Positions 22,431-33,500 of a DNA stretch of 64,000 nucleotides are shown here, piece by piece. This stretch comes from Prorocentrum cordatum. Taxonomy: Eukaryota. The translations under genes and the position numbers were made by a program. The notes beneath the pieces are model-generated. The model was not told the DNA's origin. It searched no databases and saw nothing but the letters and a program-made list of their open reading frames with translations. Numbering within the stretch: the stretch's first letter is position 1; each line of letters begins with the position of its first letter. The stretch covers positions 310,001 through 374,000 of the forward strand of contig CAUYUJ010000137.1 in NCBI GenBank assembly GCA_963575745.1, written 5' to 3'.

Positions 22431-25357
22431 AGGAGGAGGGAGAAGAGGAGGAATGATGGGGGGGAAGAGAGAGAGGCCGCGTCTTCTGCAGGGCACGGCT
22501 CTGCCGGGGCGCGGCGGGGGAGCAAGGGGGAGTTGGGCAGGCATGGCGGGGAAGGGAGGAGGAGGAAGAAGAGGGAGAGGAGGAGGAGGAGGAGGAGACA
22601 GAGAAGAAGGGGAGGAAGGAGGAAGGAGGAGGAGGACGAGGAGGAGGAGGACGAAGAGGAGGACGACGACGAGAAAGGAGAAGAGGAGGAGGAGAAGGAC
22701 GAGGACGAAGAGGAGGGTGGAAGCAAGCGGGTCTGGGCATTCTTCGCGCGCGCTTGTCGCGGGCGCCGCGCCCTCGGCCTCGGGGCGCCCGCGCAGCTGT
22801 CTTCCGAGGCACCGGGGGAGGGGGGGGGCGAGGAGGCGGAGGAGGAGGAGGAGGAGGAGGAGGAGGAGGGGGAGGAGGAGGAGGAGGAAGAGGAGGAGGA
22901 GGAGGAGGAGGAGGATCACTGCCTACCGAGCCACCCCAACCCATCCCGAAGGCCCCAATCCGCCCCCATGTCCAGTGGGGGGGGCCTCCAGGAACATCGA
23001 AAAACACGATGGACTCGCACCTCCCCTAAACATGGCATTCGGGACTTCGGGTTGGGTTGGGGTGATCTGCTAGGTAGTCAGAAGGAGAATCCCAGGCGCC
23101 TCCTTGTCCTGAGAGTCCGCTCCCTCGTCGAGCACGATGGCGGCCGCCTGTCGGGGGCAGCGGCCAGCCCCGTCATCCCCCCCCCCCGCCCCCGCCTACA
23201 TCCCTGCTCCTCACCTGCCCAGGTTCCATTCTTCCTCGGCACGACCGACGATTGAGCCGAGGGGGGTTGGGGCGGGTGAGTGAGGCGACGGAACCTGGAC
23301 GAGCGAGATCGGGGATGAGGGAGGCGAGGGAGGCGAGGAAGGAGAAGTCAGCAGAGGGAGGACGGCGGAAGGGGGGAAGGATTATGGGATTGGCCAGTGC
23401 TCCGCCTCCGCGCCGGGCTCGCCGCCGCCCTCCTCGCCCTCCCCCATGAGGTCGAAGGCCGCCTCCGCCACCGCAATCTCGTTCGCGCCATCCTTTCGGC
23501 GGGCCCCCGCCCTACCTCGATCAACCCTCCCACCCTCCACCTCTCTAGGAGAAACGAGGAGAGGGCCGACTGGGGAGATCAGAGGACATCCGAGGACAAG
23601 GGTCGGGGCGTTGCTCTGGGGGACTACGGGTCGGGGCGGTTCGTTTGGAGGGGGGCCTCTGAGAAATAATCTCCAGCGCGCTTGTCGATGAGCGTCCCGC
23701 CGGGGTCGAAGCTGTCGAAGTCATCATCCTCCCTTTCCTCCTCCCTGTCCTCCTCCTTCTTCCTCTCCACCCTCCTCCTCCTCCTCCTGTCCTCGCCCTC
23801 CCCCTCCCACCCTCATCCCTGCCTCCTCCTCCGTCTTTCCTCATCCTCATCCGTTCCTACTCGCAATCCATTCCTCCTCCTCATCTTGCTCAACCCTTCC
23901 CCAATCCCACTCCCCTCCCCTTTCCGCGTGCTCCTCCTTGTGCTATTCACTTTCCTTTTCCCGTGGTTAGGAGGGTGGCCGCGCCCTCCCCTGTCGCCCT
24001 TGCGCCCCCCCCTCCCTCCGGATTGTCTGGATGGAGGGAGTGCGTTGAGGATCCCCTGATCTTCCTAGCCCCTCCCCATCTCCGGGGGTGCTGGGTTCCC
24101 CCACCTGATGGGAGCTGGGAGTGGTGGAATTTCCAGGGCTCCCCGTCCACTCCTCCGTCCAGACTCAGCCGCCTTCGCCCTCGCCCTGCCGTCTCCGGCT
24201 GCTCAGCGCGCCCTGGCCTCAAGGGGATCAGGTAGGACTGAGGCCGCGGAGGTGGGTCGAGGGCGGGGGCAGCGGCTTGAGCCACCGCGGCTTGAGTCAC
24301 CGCGGCTTGAGCCACCGCGGCATCCCAGTGCTTCCCCTCCCCCCCCCTTCCGTCGGAAGAGGCCCGAGAGGAGTAGTGTGGAGGTGACCTCTGGGGCATC
24401 CCAGTGCTTCCCCTCCCCCCCCTCCCGTCGGAAGAGGCCCGAGAGGAGCCGTGCGAAGGTGACCTCCGGGGCATCTCAGCGCGCCCCCCTCTCTCCGGAT
24501 GGTGCCCCCTCGCTTCTCGTCTGCCTCCTGCTCCCTTCTCCCTGCTCCTTCCTTCTGGGGCGAGGCCAGCGAGAGCGAGCCCAGGCCAGTCCGGGCCTGC
24601 CCATGCCTGCCCGGGCCAGCCCAGGCCAACCCAGGCCAGCAGAGGCCATCCGAGGCCAGCTCAGGCCAGCCCCGACCAGCCCAGGCCAGCCTGAGCCAGC
24701 CGCGGCCAGTCCGGGCCAGCCGAGGCCAGCCCGGGCCAGCCCAGGCCAGCCCAGGCCAGCCCAGGCCAGCCCATCCTTTTCTCCCTCTTCCCTCCTCCCT
24801 CCTCCCTCGTCCCCGTCCTCTCCTCCGTCCAGACTCAGTCGCCTTCGCCCTCGCCCTGCCGTCTCCGGTTGCTTAGTGCGTCCTGGCCCCAAGGGGGTCA
24901 GGTAGGACTGAGGCCGCGGAGGTGGGTCGGGGGTGGGGGCTGGGAGCGGATCCGGATGGTCTCCACCACCCACGCTGGCAGACTGCGGTATGCCTTGCAA
25001 GGACTGGATGGCTGACCCCAGGGCGGATCCCTTTTACAGCTCCCTGTCCGCACTCACGTGCGCTCACTCGGGAAACCCTTGGTGCAAGGTGGGATGCCCT
25101 CCATCCCCTGCTTCCCCTGGGATCGCCAGGGAGGTGGGGGTGCCCTCCTTCCACCAGAGCTGTTGTCCCCTGTGCGCGGATGTGGGAGCCGACTGAGGTC
25201 AGGCCGCGGCTGGTCCACCTCCCGGCTGCCCTCGGGGTGCTGCCCCTGCAGCCCTCAAAGAATGCCCGCAGTGGCCACCAGCCAGCCCTCCCCTTTCCGC
25301 GTGCTCCTCCTTGTGCTATTCACTTTCCTTTTCCCGTGGTTAGGAGGGTGGCCGCGA

Positions 25358-25389
25358 CTACGACGACGACGACGATTACGACTACGACT

Positions 25390-25439
<50 letters not shown>

Positions 25440-25507
25440 TGCGACGACAACGGCCCCCGTCACTACGGATACGACGATTACGACGACGACGACGACGGCG
25501 ACGACGA
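25358..25507. repeat. (CGA)n microsatellite
   Basis: Direct inspection. Confidence 0.9.
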
Positions 25508-25509
25508 GT

Positions 25510-26057
25510 AGGACGTTTGGAACCATTCTGTCATCCTTGGAGCTGCGCGCAGCATCCTCGTCGGCGCCGCCGACGTCGACCTTCGTCACCTTGCGTTTCT
25601 TGTCCGCTGGCTCCATCCGGGTCGCTGGGTCGAAAGCGGGCTCCATTTTCTGGTCAGGTCTGCCAGGCAAAGTCTTACGCCATGTCAGGAAAACCCGCTT
25701 CGCAATCTTCGCTTGGGCGTGTACCCAATGATTGTAACACGTGTTTCCAATCACCTGATCACCTGGAATGAGATGCATGAAATATTCGTCAACAGCACGC
25801 ACGTACTGGGCGAACGACGGCAACTTCGGGCTCGCATGGTGACCGAGTAACTTGTGCATGCCGAACATGCGCGGCAAGTTGGGCGATGCACGAAACGACC
25901 CATCACTGTTTTGAACAATTACCTTGTGTTGTGTTTGCATCTGCGTTTGCAGTGGCTGTGTCTTATGTTCCTTCATTTTTTCCCAGAGCTCCCGAATGCA
26001 CGGCTGCGCGCTGTCGGGCGACATCTTTGAAGACTGCGCAGCGGGCTTTCCTGCCAT
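25510..26057 (-). CDS. Putative first exon of a transposon-borne gene of unknown function (MAGKPAAQSSK...HWVHAQAKIAKRVFLTWRK...KKRKV)
   Basis: About 180 codons of complex, non-repetitive protein sequence from ATG at 26057; contains an SV40-type NLS-like KKRKV; 3' boundary uncertain. Confidence 0.55.
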
Positions 26058-27099
26058 GGTGGTATGCAAATAAAACCCTCGACCGGACCTCAACCCGCAA
26101 CGGCTGCCAGAGGGCTCGGCCAAGCGGAGAGCTCGGCCAAGCAGGGTCGACGTCATGCCGCGCGGGCAAGCACGGGCCACGAAACAGTGACGGGCACCCA
26201 GGCGAGAGCACAAATTCGTTTGCTAATATTATGTGTTTACCCCATGTTGTGTTTTGACTAACTTTGAATTGGTTTTGGTGTTTAGCGCTTGTCTGGCTTG
26301 TGATTGGTTGGGCGTGTTTTTGTTTGTTTTCTGTTTTCTGTTTGGCGAAAGGAGGGCCCACGGCCTGGCCCCCAGGGCGGCCCGCAGGCGTGCGAGCGCA
26401 GAAGTCATACAAAACCGATTCGAACATCGCGATCAACAACGGACCATCGGCGAATGGAAGAACATCCGCCGCCTCGCCCCACGGGCGGGCGGGCGCGCGA
26501 GTGAGGATTCGTTCGCGATTCAAGGAGGGCCGATCGGGAATCCGCGACCCGCGACGGGCAAAGGGGACATCAAAGGGAATCCGCCCCCTCGCCTCGCGGG
26601 CGGGCCTCGGGCGCGCGAGCGCAAGTTCACTCATCATACGGAACGCGGGCCGACGTGAAATCCGCGACCCACGACGGGCCGTCGGCGAATGTAAGCATGA
26701 TGGCCGCGAACCGAACCGAGAACCGAAAACCGGGTCTGGAACCGAATCGGCCGAACCGAACCGGCCGGCCAAACCGAACCAGGCAAACCGAACCGGCCCG
26801 CTGTTCGAACCGAACTGGCCGAACCGAACCGGCGGAAACCGAACCGGCCGAACCGGACCGGACGGGCGGAACCGAACCGGCCGAACCGGACTGGACGGGC
26901 GGAACCGAACCGGCCGAACTGGAACCGAACGCGCTCGAACCTTGCCAGGCTTCAACCTTGAACGCCTGGGGGGGGCGAGCCTGGCGGACCGCTGGAAGGC
27001 GGGCCCTTTTGGCGGCCCCCCCGCGCGGGGGCAGGGGGCCGCCTCCGGGGTACCCGGGTCCCGAGGCACCACCCCGCCAATAATCAACCGCACGTTCCC

Positions 27100-27710
27100 C
27101 CGGTCCGGACTGGGCCCGGTCCGGACCCCTCCCGGTCCGGACCCTTCCGGTCCCGACCCTCCCCAGTCCGGACCCTCCCCGGTCCGGACCGCCCTGGTCC
27201 GGACCCTCCCCGGTCCGGACCCCCCCCGGTCTGGACACCCCCCGGTCCGGACCCCCCTCCCGTCTGGACCCCCCCCGGTCCGGACCCCCCCTGTCCGGAC
27301 TGGGCCCGGTCCGGACCGGGCCCCGGACAGGATCCCCCCGGTCCGGACCCCCCTGGACCCTCCCGGTCCGGGACCCCCCCCCGGTCCTTACCCCCCCGGG
27401 TCAGGGCCCCCCCAGGTCCGGACCGGGCCTGGTCCGGACCCCCCCGGGTCCGGACCCCCCCCGGTCCGGACCCCCCCCGGTACGGACCCCCCCGGTCCGG
27501 ACCTTTCCCAGTCCGAACCCCACCCCGGTCCGGACCGGGCGACCCCCCCCGGTGCGGACTCCTCCCAGGTCCGGACCCCCCCGGTCCGGACCCCCCCTGG
27601 TCCGGACCCCCCCGGTCCGGACCGGGCCCGGTCCGGACCCTCCCCGGTCTGGACCCCACCCGGTCCGGACCGGGCCCGGTCCGGACCCCCCCCGGTCCGG
27701 ACCCCCGTCC
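27100..27710. repeat. Array of the GGTCCGGACC palindrome with C-run spacers
   Basis: Many copies of the 10-bp palindrome and variants, about 16-bp period. Confidence 0.9.
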
Positions 27711-28049
27711 GTCGTCGTGGTCCCCCGTCCGTCGTCGTGGCGGTGTTGACGCCGCCCGGACTGCCTGGGGGAGAGCACAAGGTACCGATACTGCTGGTCC
27801 CCGGACCTGCCCTGGGGAGCGTTCTGACCAGAAGTTCGAGGCGAATCCAGCGGCGGCGACGAGGGCCTCCCAGGAGGCTAAAAAAAAAACGGGATTATCC
27901 CGGCAAAGCAACCTAACAGCGATATGTAGAAGCATATCTGAAAGCATTCCCCTTAAGATTCAGATGAAAATCCAGTTGTAGAATTCTGCTGTTCTCGCAG
28001 TCGTACTCGAATTCGCGATGACAGTCGCAGCGGCAACGGCAGTCGCAGT

Positions 28050-28375
28050 CACAGCCTGCGCCTCAGCCTGCCTCAGCCTCAGCCTCAGCCTGCCTCAGCC
28101 TCAGCCTGCCTCAGCCTCAGCCTCAGCCTGCTTCAGCCTCAGCCTCAGTCTGCCTTCAGCCTCGGCCTCAGCCTCAGCCTGCCTCAGCCTCAGCCTGCAT
28201 CAGCCTCAGCCTCAGCCTCAGCCTGCCTCAGCATCAGCCTGCCTCAGCCTCAGCCTGCCTCAGCCTCAGCCTCAGTCTGCTTCAGCCTCAGCCTCAGTCT
28301 GCCTTCAGCCTCGGCCTCAGCCTCAGCCTGCCTCAGCCTCAGCCTGCCTCGGCCGCAGCATCAGCCTGCCTCAGC
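28050..28375. repeat. (CCTCAG)n hexamer satellite
   Basis: Direct inspection. Confidence 0.9.
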
Positions 28376-28377
28376 AT

Positions 28378-28960
28378 TCAAAATGTGGCCCAGGAATGGA
28401 GTTCTGGGAACTAGAAGAACACGAAGTGGCCTACAGTTGGCTCCGGGCATTCAAAATCTCCGGGCATTCAAAATCATGCCCAGGAACGGAGTTCTGGGAA
28501 CTTGAAGAACACGAAGTGGCCTACAGTTGGCTCGGGGCATCCAAAATGTGGCCTGGGAGTGGAGTTCTGGGAAATCGAAGAGCACGAAGTGGCCTACAGT
28601 TGGCTCCGGGCATCCAAAATGGGGCCCGGGAATGGAGTTCTGGGAACTCGAAGAGCACGAAGTGGCCTACAGCTGGCTCCGGGCACCCAAAATGTAGCCC
28701 GGGAATGGAGTTCTGGGAGGTCGAAGAGCACGAAGTGTGTGACTGTTGACGAAAAACAAGCCCGGCTCTGTTCCCGGTTTTCCAAAAGGTGGCCCGGGAA
28801 TGGAGTTCTGGGGGGTCGAAGAGCACGAAGTGTGTGACTGTTGGCGAAAAGCAAGCCCGGCTCTGTTCCCGGTTCTCCAGAATGTGGCCCGGGGATGGAG
28901 TTCTGGGAGGTCGAAGAGCACGAAGTGTGTGACTGTTGGCGAAAAACGATTCCCGGTTCT
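28378..28960. repeat. ~70-100-bp tandem repeat (GGAATGGAGTTCTGGGA...GAAGAGCACGAAGTG)
   Basis: About 7 units in two subtypes. Confidence 0.9.
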
Positions 28961-30568
28961 CCTCCCCGGCACCCGCCCAGACATTCTTGAGGAGTCATGA
29001 TGCTCTCTTTTGAGCCTACTAGAAACCTGTCAGCAAACGCTGTTAGGGTAAAAGCGGAGGTATGGGTACCTCTTCCTCCTCCGAGGCCTCCTTGGAGAAA
29101 TGCAATTGGGGACACGCCCGACCTAACCCTTGGACGCTCCCTTGGCCCGCGAGGGAGCACGGCCGAGGGTCAGCCTCCCGGCAGGTCTGCCGCCGCCCAG
29201 CGCGCGCCTGGTGGGCGTGTACTCTGGCGAAGAAGGAGGAGGAGGAGGAGGAGGAGGAGGAGGAGGAGGAGGAGGAGGAGGAGGACGAGGCCAGCCCGTT
29301 CGGCGTCTCGCGCGCTGCCCCAGCGGGGCCGCTGCAACGGCCGAGGTCCTCGTCCTCGTCCTTGTCCTCGTCCTCGTCCTCCTCCTCCTCGTCCTCCTCA
29401 TCCTCCTTCTCCTCCTCCTCCTCCTCCTACTCCTCCTCCTCTTCCTCCTCCTCCTCCTCCTCCTCCCACCTCCCTCGCCCCCGCTGTCCCCCTCCCCATC
29501 GGGGCTGCCGATCGGGACGGCCTGGAATCGAAACGAATCGAAATCGGGCTGCCTCTGCATAAATTCGAACCGGCCGAACCAACCGAACCGAACCGGCCGA
29601 ACCGGACCGGTCGAAACACTTAAAACCGAACCGGTCGAACCGAACCGGCCGAACCGAACCGGTCGAACCGAACCGGTCTACGACAAAGAACCGAACCCGT
29701 CGAACCGAACCGGTTTGCGACGCGAACCGGAACCGGTCGAACCGAACCAGCCGCACATCGAACCGAACCGGACCGGACCGAACCGCGGCTTTCATGTGTA
29801 AGGGAAACCGCCGCCGCGCCCCGCGGGCCAGCCATGGGCGCGCGAGCGCGAACCCCGCTATCTGAAGGAACGCGGCCAGGGCCGATTTGAAATCCGCGAC
29901 CCCTGGCGGGCCTCTGCGGCGAATGAGGTGGACTCCGCCATTTTGCCCCGCGGAAGGGCCTGGCGGTTCCTTTTCAAACTGTGGCTCTCGTCATAGCACC
30001 GCCTTTATTCGGTCATACAATTTTGAAGAGTTTCACGGGTCCCCATGATCAGCGTACCAGAAATGGTGTTTTGGAAGGATTCAGGATTACGCGGGTGCAA
30101 CAATTATATGGTTTCGCGGTGTTGAAGTCAGAACAATGGCGAAAGGGCCCCGACCGTCGTCGGGGGCGAGAAACCGATTAACTTCTGGCCTCTCTTCGCC
30201 AGCCGTGGCTAATGTCCGGGCGCTTGCGCGCCGCTTCGCCGCGATCTTCCGCGCTGGCCACGCGAATCGTGGTAGCACTGGGCCGCCCTCAGCGTTCCCC
30301 GCGCTTTCAAACGAGTTTGCATACTCATGGCCTATCGCCGGAAGATTGCGCTTGAAACGCGCAATGCAAAATCATAGTTTTTTTATCTGCGCGCCCACGC
30401 GAAGCGAGCGCCGACGATCGAAATCGCGCCTGGAACACACGCGGCACGCATGGATTCCGCACACAGCTTCACATCCGGGGGATTGGCATGAAACCTTCGG
30501 CGGAACATTGTTCCATGGCACGTTTTGAGACCCCCCCCCACGTTTTGTGACCAGTCGGGACCTCCAGG

Positions 30569-33500
30569 AAGACGTTCCTGCAGTCCGTCAACATGCAGGT
30601 ACCCGACGGCGACGAGGATCTGCACGAGGCAGACAAGCGTGCGGGTGAGAAGCTCACGTGTTTCGCCAAGGAGCAGAAGTGTGTTGATAGTTGAGTTATG
30701 GTTCCTGCTTGTTGCGCTGATGATGCAGGCTCCCACGGTTAAGTCTTCTTCCCACACGCCCCTGGCCGAGCTGCTCGAAGCTGAGCAGCCAGCGCGAGGG
30801 GCAAATCCGAGCGTGAAATGCTGCCAGGAGCACCACTTCACCGAGGGCAGGCTTGGGCCATTTAAGGCGAGACTTCGAGCGGCAGGCTACCACGGTCTCT
30901 GGGCGGCTGCTGAAGCTACGGCGGCCCCAGGTGGCAGAGGGCCGCGTGGTGGCGTGGCGGCGTCATGCCCGACTGATGTGCAGATCACGCAGCCGTTCAT
31001 CCTGCGGGGTCCTGGTTCCATCCAGAGCGGTGGCGGGCCACGCGCATGCGAGGGCGAAAGAAGGCATCATCGTCATTGCGGCGCACCTGTAGGTGGATGA
31101 GTTGGCTGGCCCGAAGAACGTTGCAATTCTGACGGGGGATTGCTAGCTACATCCAGCGCGCGCAGGCAGTCGGTTTCGACTGGATAGAGGGGGCGGGCTT
31201 CACTATTCAACCAGGGCTGCTGAAATCTTGGGCAGCAGCCATGGAAGGCGTCGTTGTCGCATCTACGACCCCTACCTGTACGCAGAGCCTCCCTAGATCA
31301 GTCATAGACTACTTTGTGATGAGCGAAAACAGGTCTATCCGCACGACGCCCCCAGGGGCATGCCTGACGGCCAATCTGTCGCCCCGTCGCCCTGTCGCGG
31401 TGCCGTTTCGCGGGCCAGAGGCAGCAGTGTGGGCGCGGGCACCGCGCCAGCCGAAGGTGGCCCCAGTGCGGGCGCCACCAGGATGCGCGCGCTTCCCCAT
31501 GGACTGGCTTGGCAAAGAACGTCGATAGCGCTAGCACGGGCGGCGAGTTGACAATGTACTGGGTGGGGCCGACCGGTTGCGGGCGTCGAGCAAGAACCCC
31601 TCAATAGGCATGGCGCGTCGGGACCTACGAGGAGGAACTGCGTTGGAAGGGCTGGGCCGCAGGAAGCCGACTGACAGCGGGGCGCGGCGGCGGCAAACGC
31701 GCGGCTGCCCAGGGCCGACGCGGTCTACTCAGCGCGGTGTCCGGCGGCTCGCCGGCCCGACAGACTCGCAGGATAACCCATGCGCTGGCGATGCGCATCC
31801 CAAAGCGGAACGCAGAGTGCGGCGAGCAGCAGCGCAGGCTGGAGCGAGCGGCGCGGCTGCCGCTCGAGACCGAGTCGCCCGCGAGGAACGTGGCCAGGCA
31901 AGGCAGGGCGCTGACGGAGCTCGACCCTCTGGCTCGCACTCTGTTCTCTGTCAGGCACTGCGGTCTCTGGCGATCTTGCGGCCGAAGCTCGCCAGGCAAT
32001 GTTCCTTGCCCAGAGGGGGGCCCCATGGAAGGCCCGGGCGCGGGATAGTTGTTTTGGGGCGGCGCTCGGCAGGCGCGCGGTTTTCCAAGCCCCGATGGGC
32101 TCCAGGAGACGATCGATGCCACCGAGCGAGCGCAACCACACGAGTTGGCCGATGCGGCTTGCTCCCAGCGGGCCCAAGTCTGGCCGAAGCCCGGTTGCCG
32201 CGCGCCAGAGCTGCCGCCCGATTCCGATGATTGGCCGTCGCTTCCGAATATCACGGTCGTCGGTTTGCGAGCGGCGATTGCCAAATGCCCTGCGCGCACG
32301 GCAGTTGGGTGTTGGAGGCGGCCGCCGCCCGTCTAGTGAGTTGCGAGAGGGTGGGCAGCTGGCTGGCGAAGCGCATTGTCAGTCGCCTGGTCCGCCTCCC
32401 GAAGGCTGATGGGAAGCACGAGCTGATTGCCCTCCACGGCTCCCTCCTCCGTGCGAGGGGCCGTTTGCGCAGGCCCGTGACCGAGAGGTGGGGCTGGCTG
32501 CCAGGACTGAGGAAATTGGGGGGGCGGGGAAGAAGAAGGGCTCGAGCGACTCGGCCTTTGATTTGAATCTCGCTGCGGAAATGTCGAAGGCTAGGCGCGT
32601 GCATTCCGTGTCGGTACCGCGTGAGATGATTAAGTGCTACGAGGTGGTAAAACGTCCTGGTGTACTCGAAGTTGTTCTGGCAGATTGGGCCCCCGCTCAG
32701 GATGGGTCGGATGCTCACACAGAGCTACATGGCCCCCAGAAGGGTCGATGCGCACGGGTCCCTCTCGGACGCCCATGTTGGCGGTCAGGATATTTTAGCG
32801 AGGTGCCCTGCTGCGTTGGCCGTGATGCTTGCCGTGCTAAGTCAACCTGTTGCGCGGGTGATCGCTCGCTTCCCCTCGGCGAGCGCGCGGGCGCTCATGG
32901 ATGATGCGTCGCTGCAGCGGCAAGGGGCTGACAAAAATTAAGCTAAGATTGTTTTCGCGGCCCCGCGCGAGCTCTGTCGCGAGGTCTCGCCGATAGGCCT
33001 CCTTTCGCAGCTGAACAAGTCAGGCCATGTCGCGCCCAGCGTGGCCGCTGAGAAGAATATAGCCTCAACGGGCCGCCCGATCGGCTTCCGACACCAGAAG
33101 CACATGCGCAACTTAGGACATGATATGTTTGGAAGGCGCTCCCTTTGCACGACGGAGCCTCCAAGGCGCAGGCATTTGAACCTCAGGGGGCATCGCCGAA
33201 GTATGCTGCGGCGGGCGGCGGGGGGTGGGAGGGCGGCGGGGCCCGGGGGATCGGGGTTTATGCCATGCGGTAGCCACGGGGCTGCTGTCTCAAGCGACGC
33301 GGACGCCACTCTCCGCAGTCCAAGAGCGCTGGCTGCTTCGCTCATGGGAGCAAAGGCAGCTGCCGCGTCGCCCCCTACCCGCGTACCCATCGTGACCCCT
33401 CTGACGACCCTATTCACGATGCTACCTCTCCCCTTGCGATCAGGCATTGCTGCTGGGTCTGGGAAAAGCGGGCGCGCGTGGGAGGCGGCGTCCCAAGCCT

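Larger units (their letters stand above)
26696..29796. mobile_element. 3.1-kb nested non-autonomous element, CATG...CATG termini, 6-bp TSD (hAT-like by inference)
   Basis: TGTAAG at 26690-95 and 29797-802; TIR CATGATGGCCGCG vs CATGAAAGCCGCG (11/13); CCGAA-rich subterminal tracts; it interrupts a ~120-bp repeat that resumes after 29802. Confidence 0.8.
18816..30568. mobile_element. 11.75-kb TIR DNA transposon, 2-bp TSD (AA), CC...GG termini; CMC/EnSpm-like by inference, apparently non-autonomous
   Basis: Left TIR CCTGGAGGTCCCAACTGGAAACAAAACGTGGGGG (18816-18849) matches the reverse complement of 30535-30568 at 31/34. AA at 18814-15 and 30569-70. The empty site reads DGEPEVL-K-TFLQSVNMQVPDGDEDL...KCVDS*. 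Confidence 0.85.
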
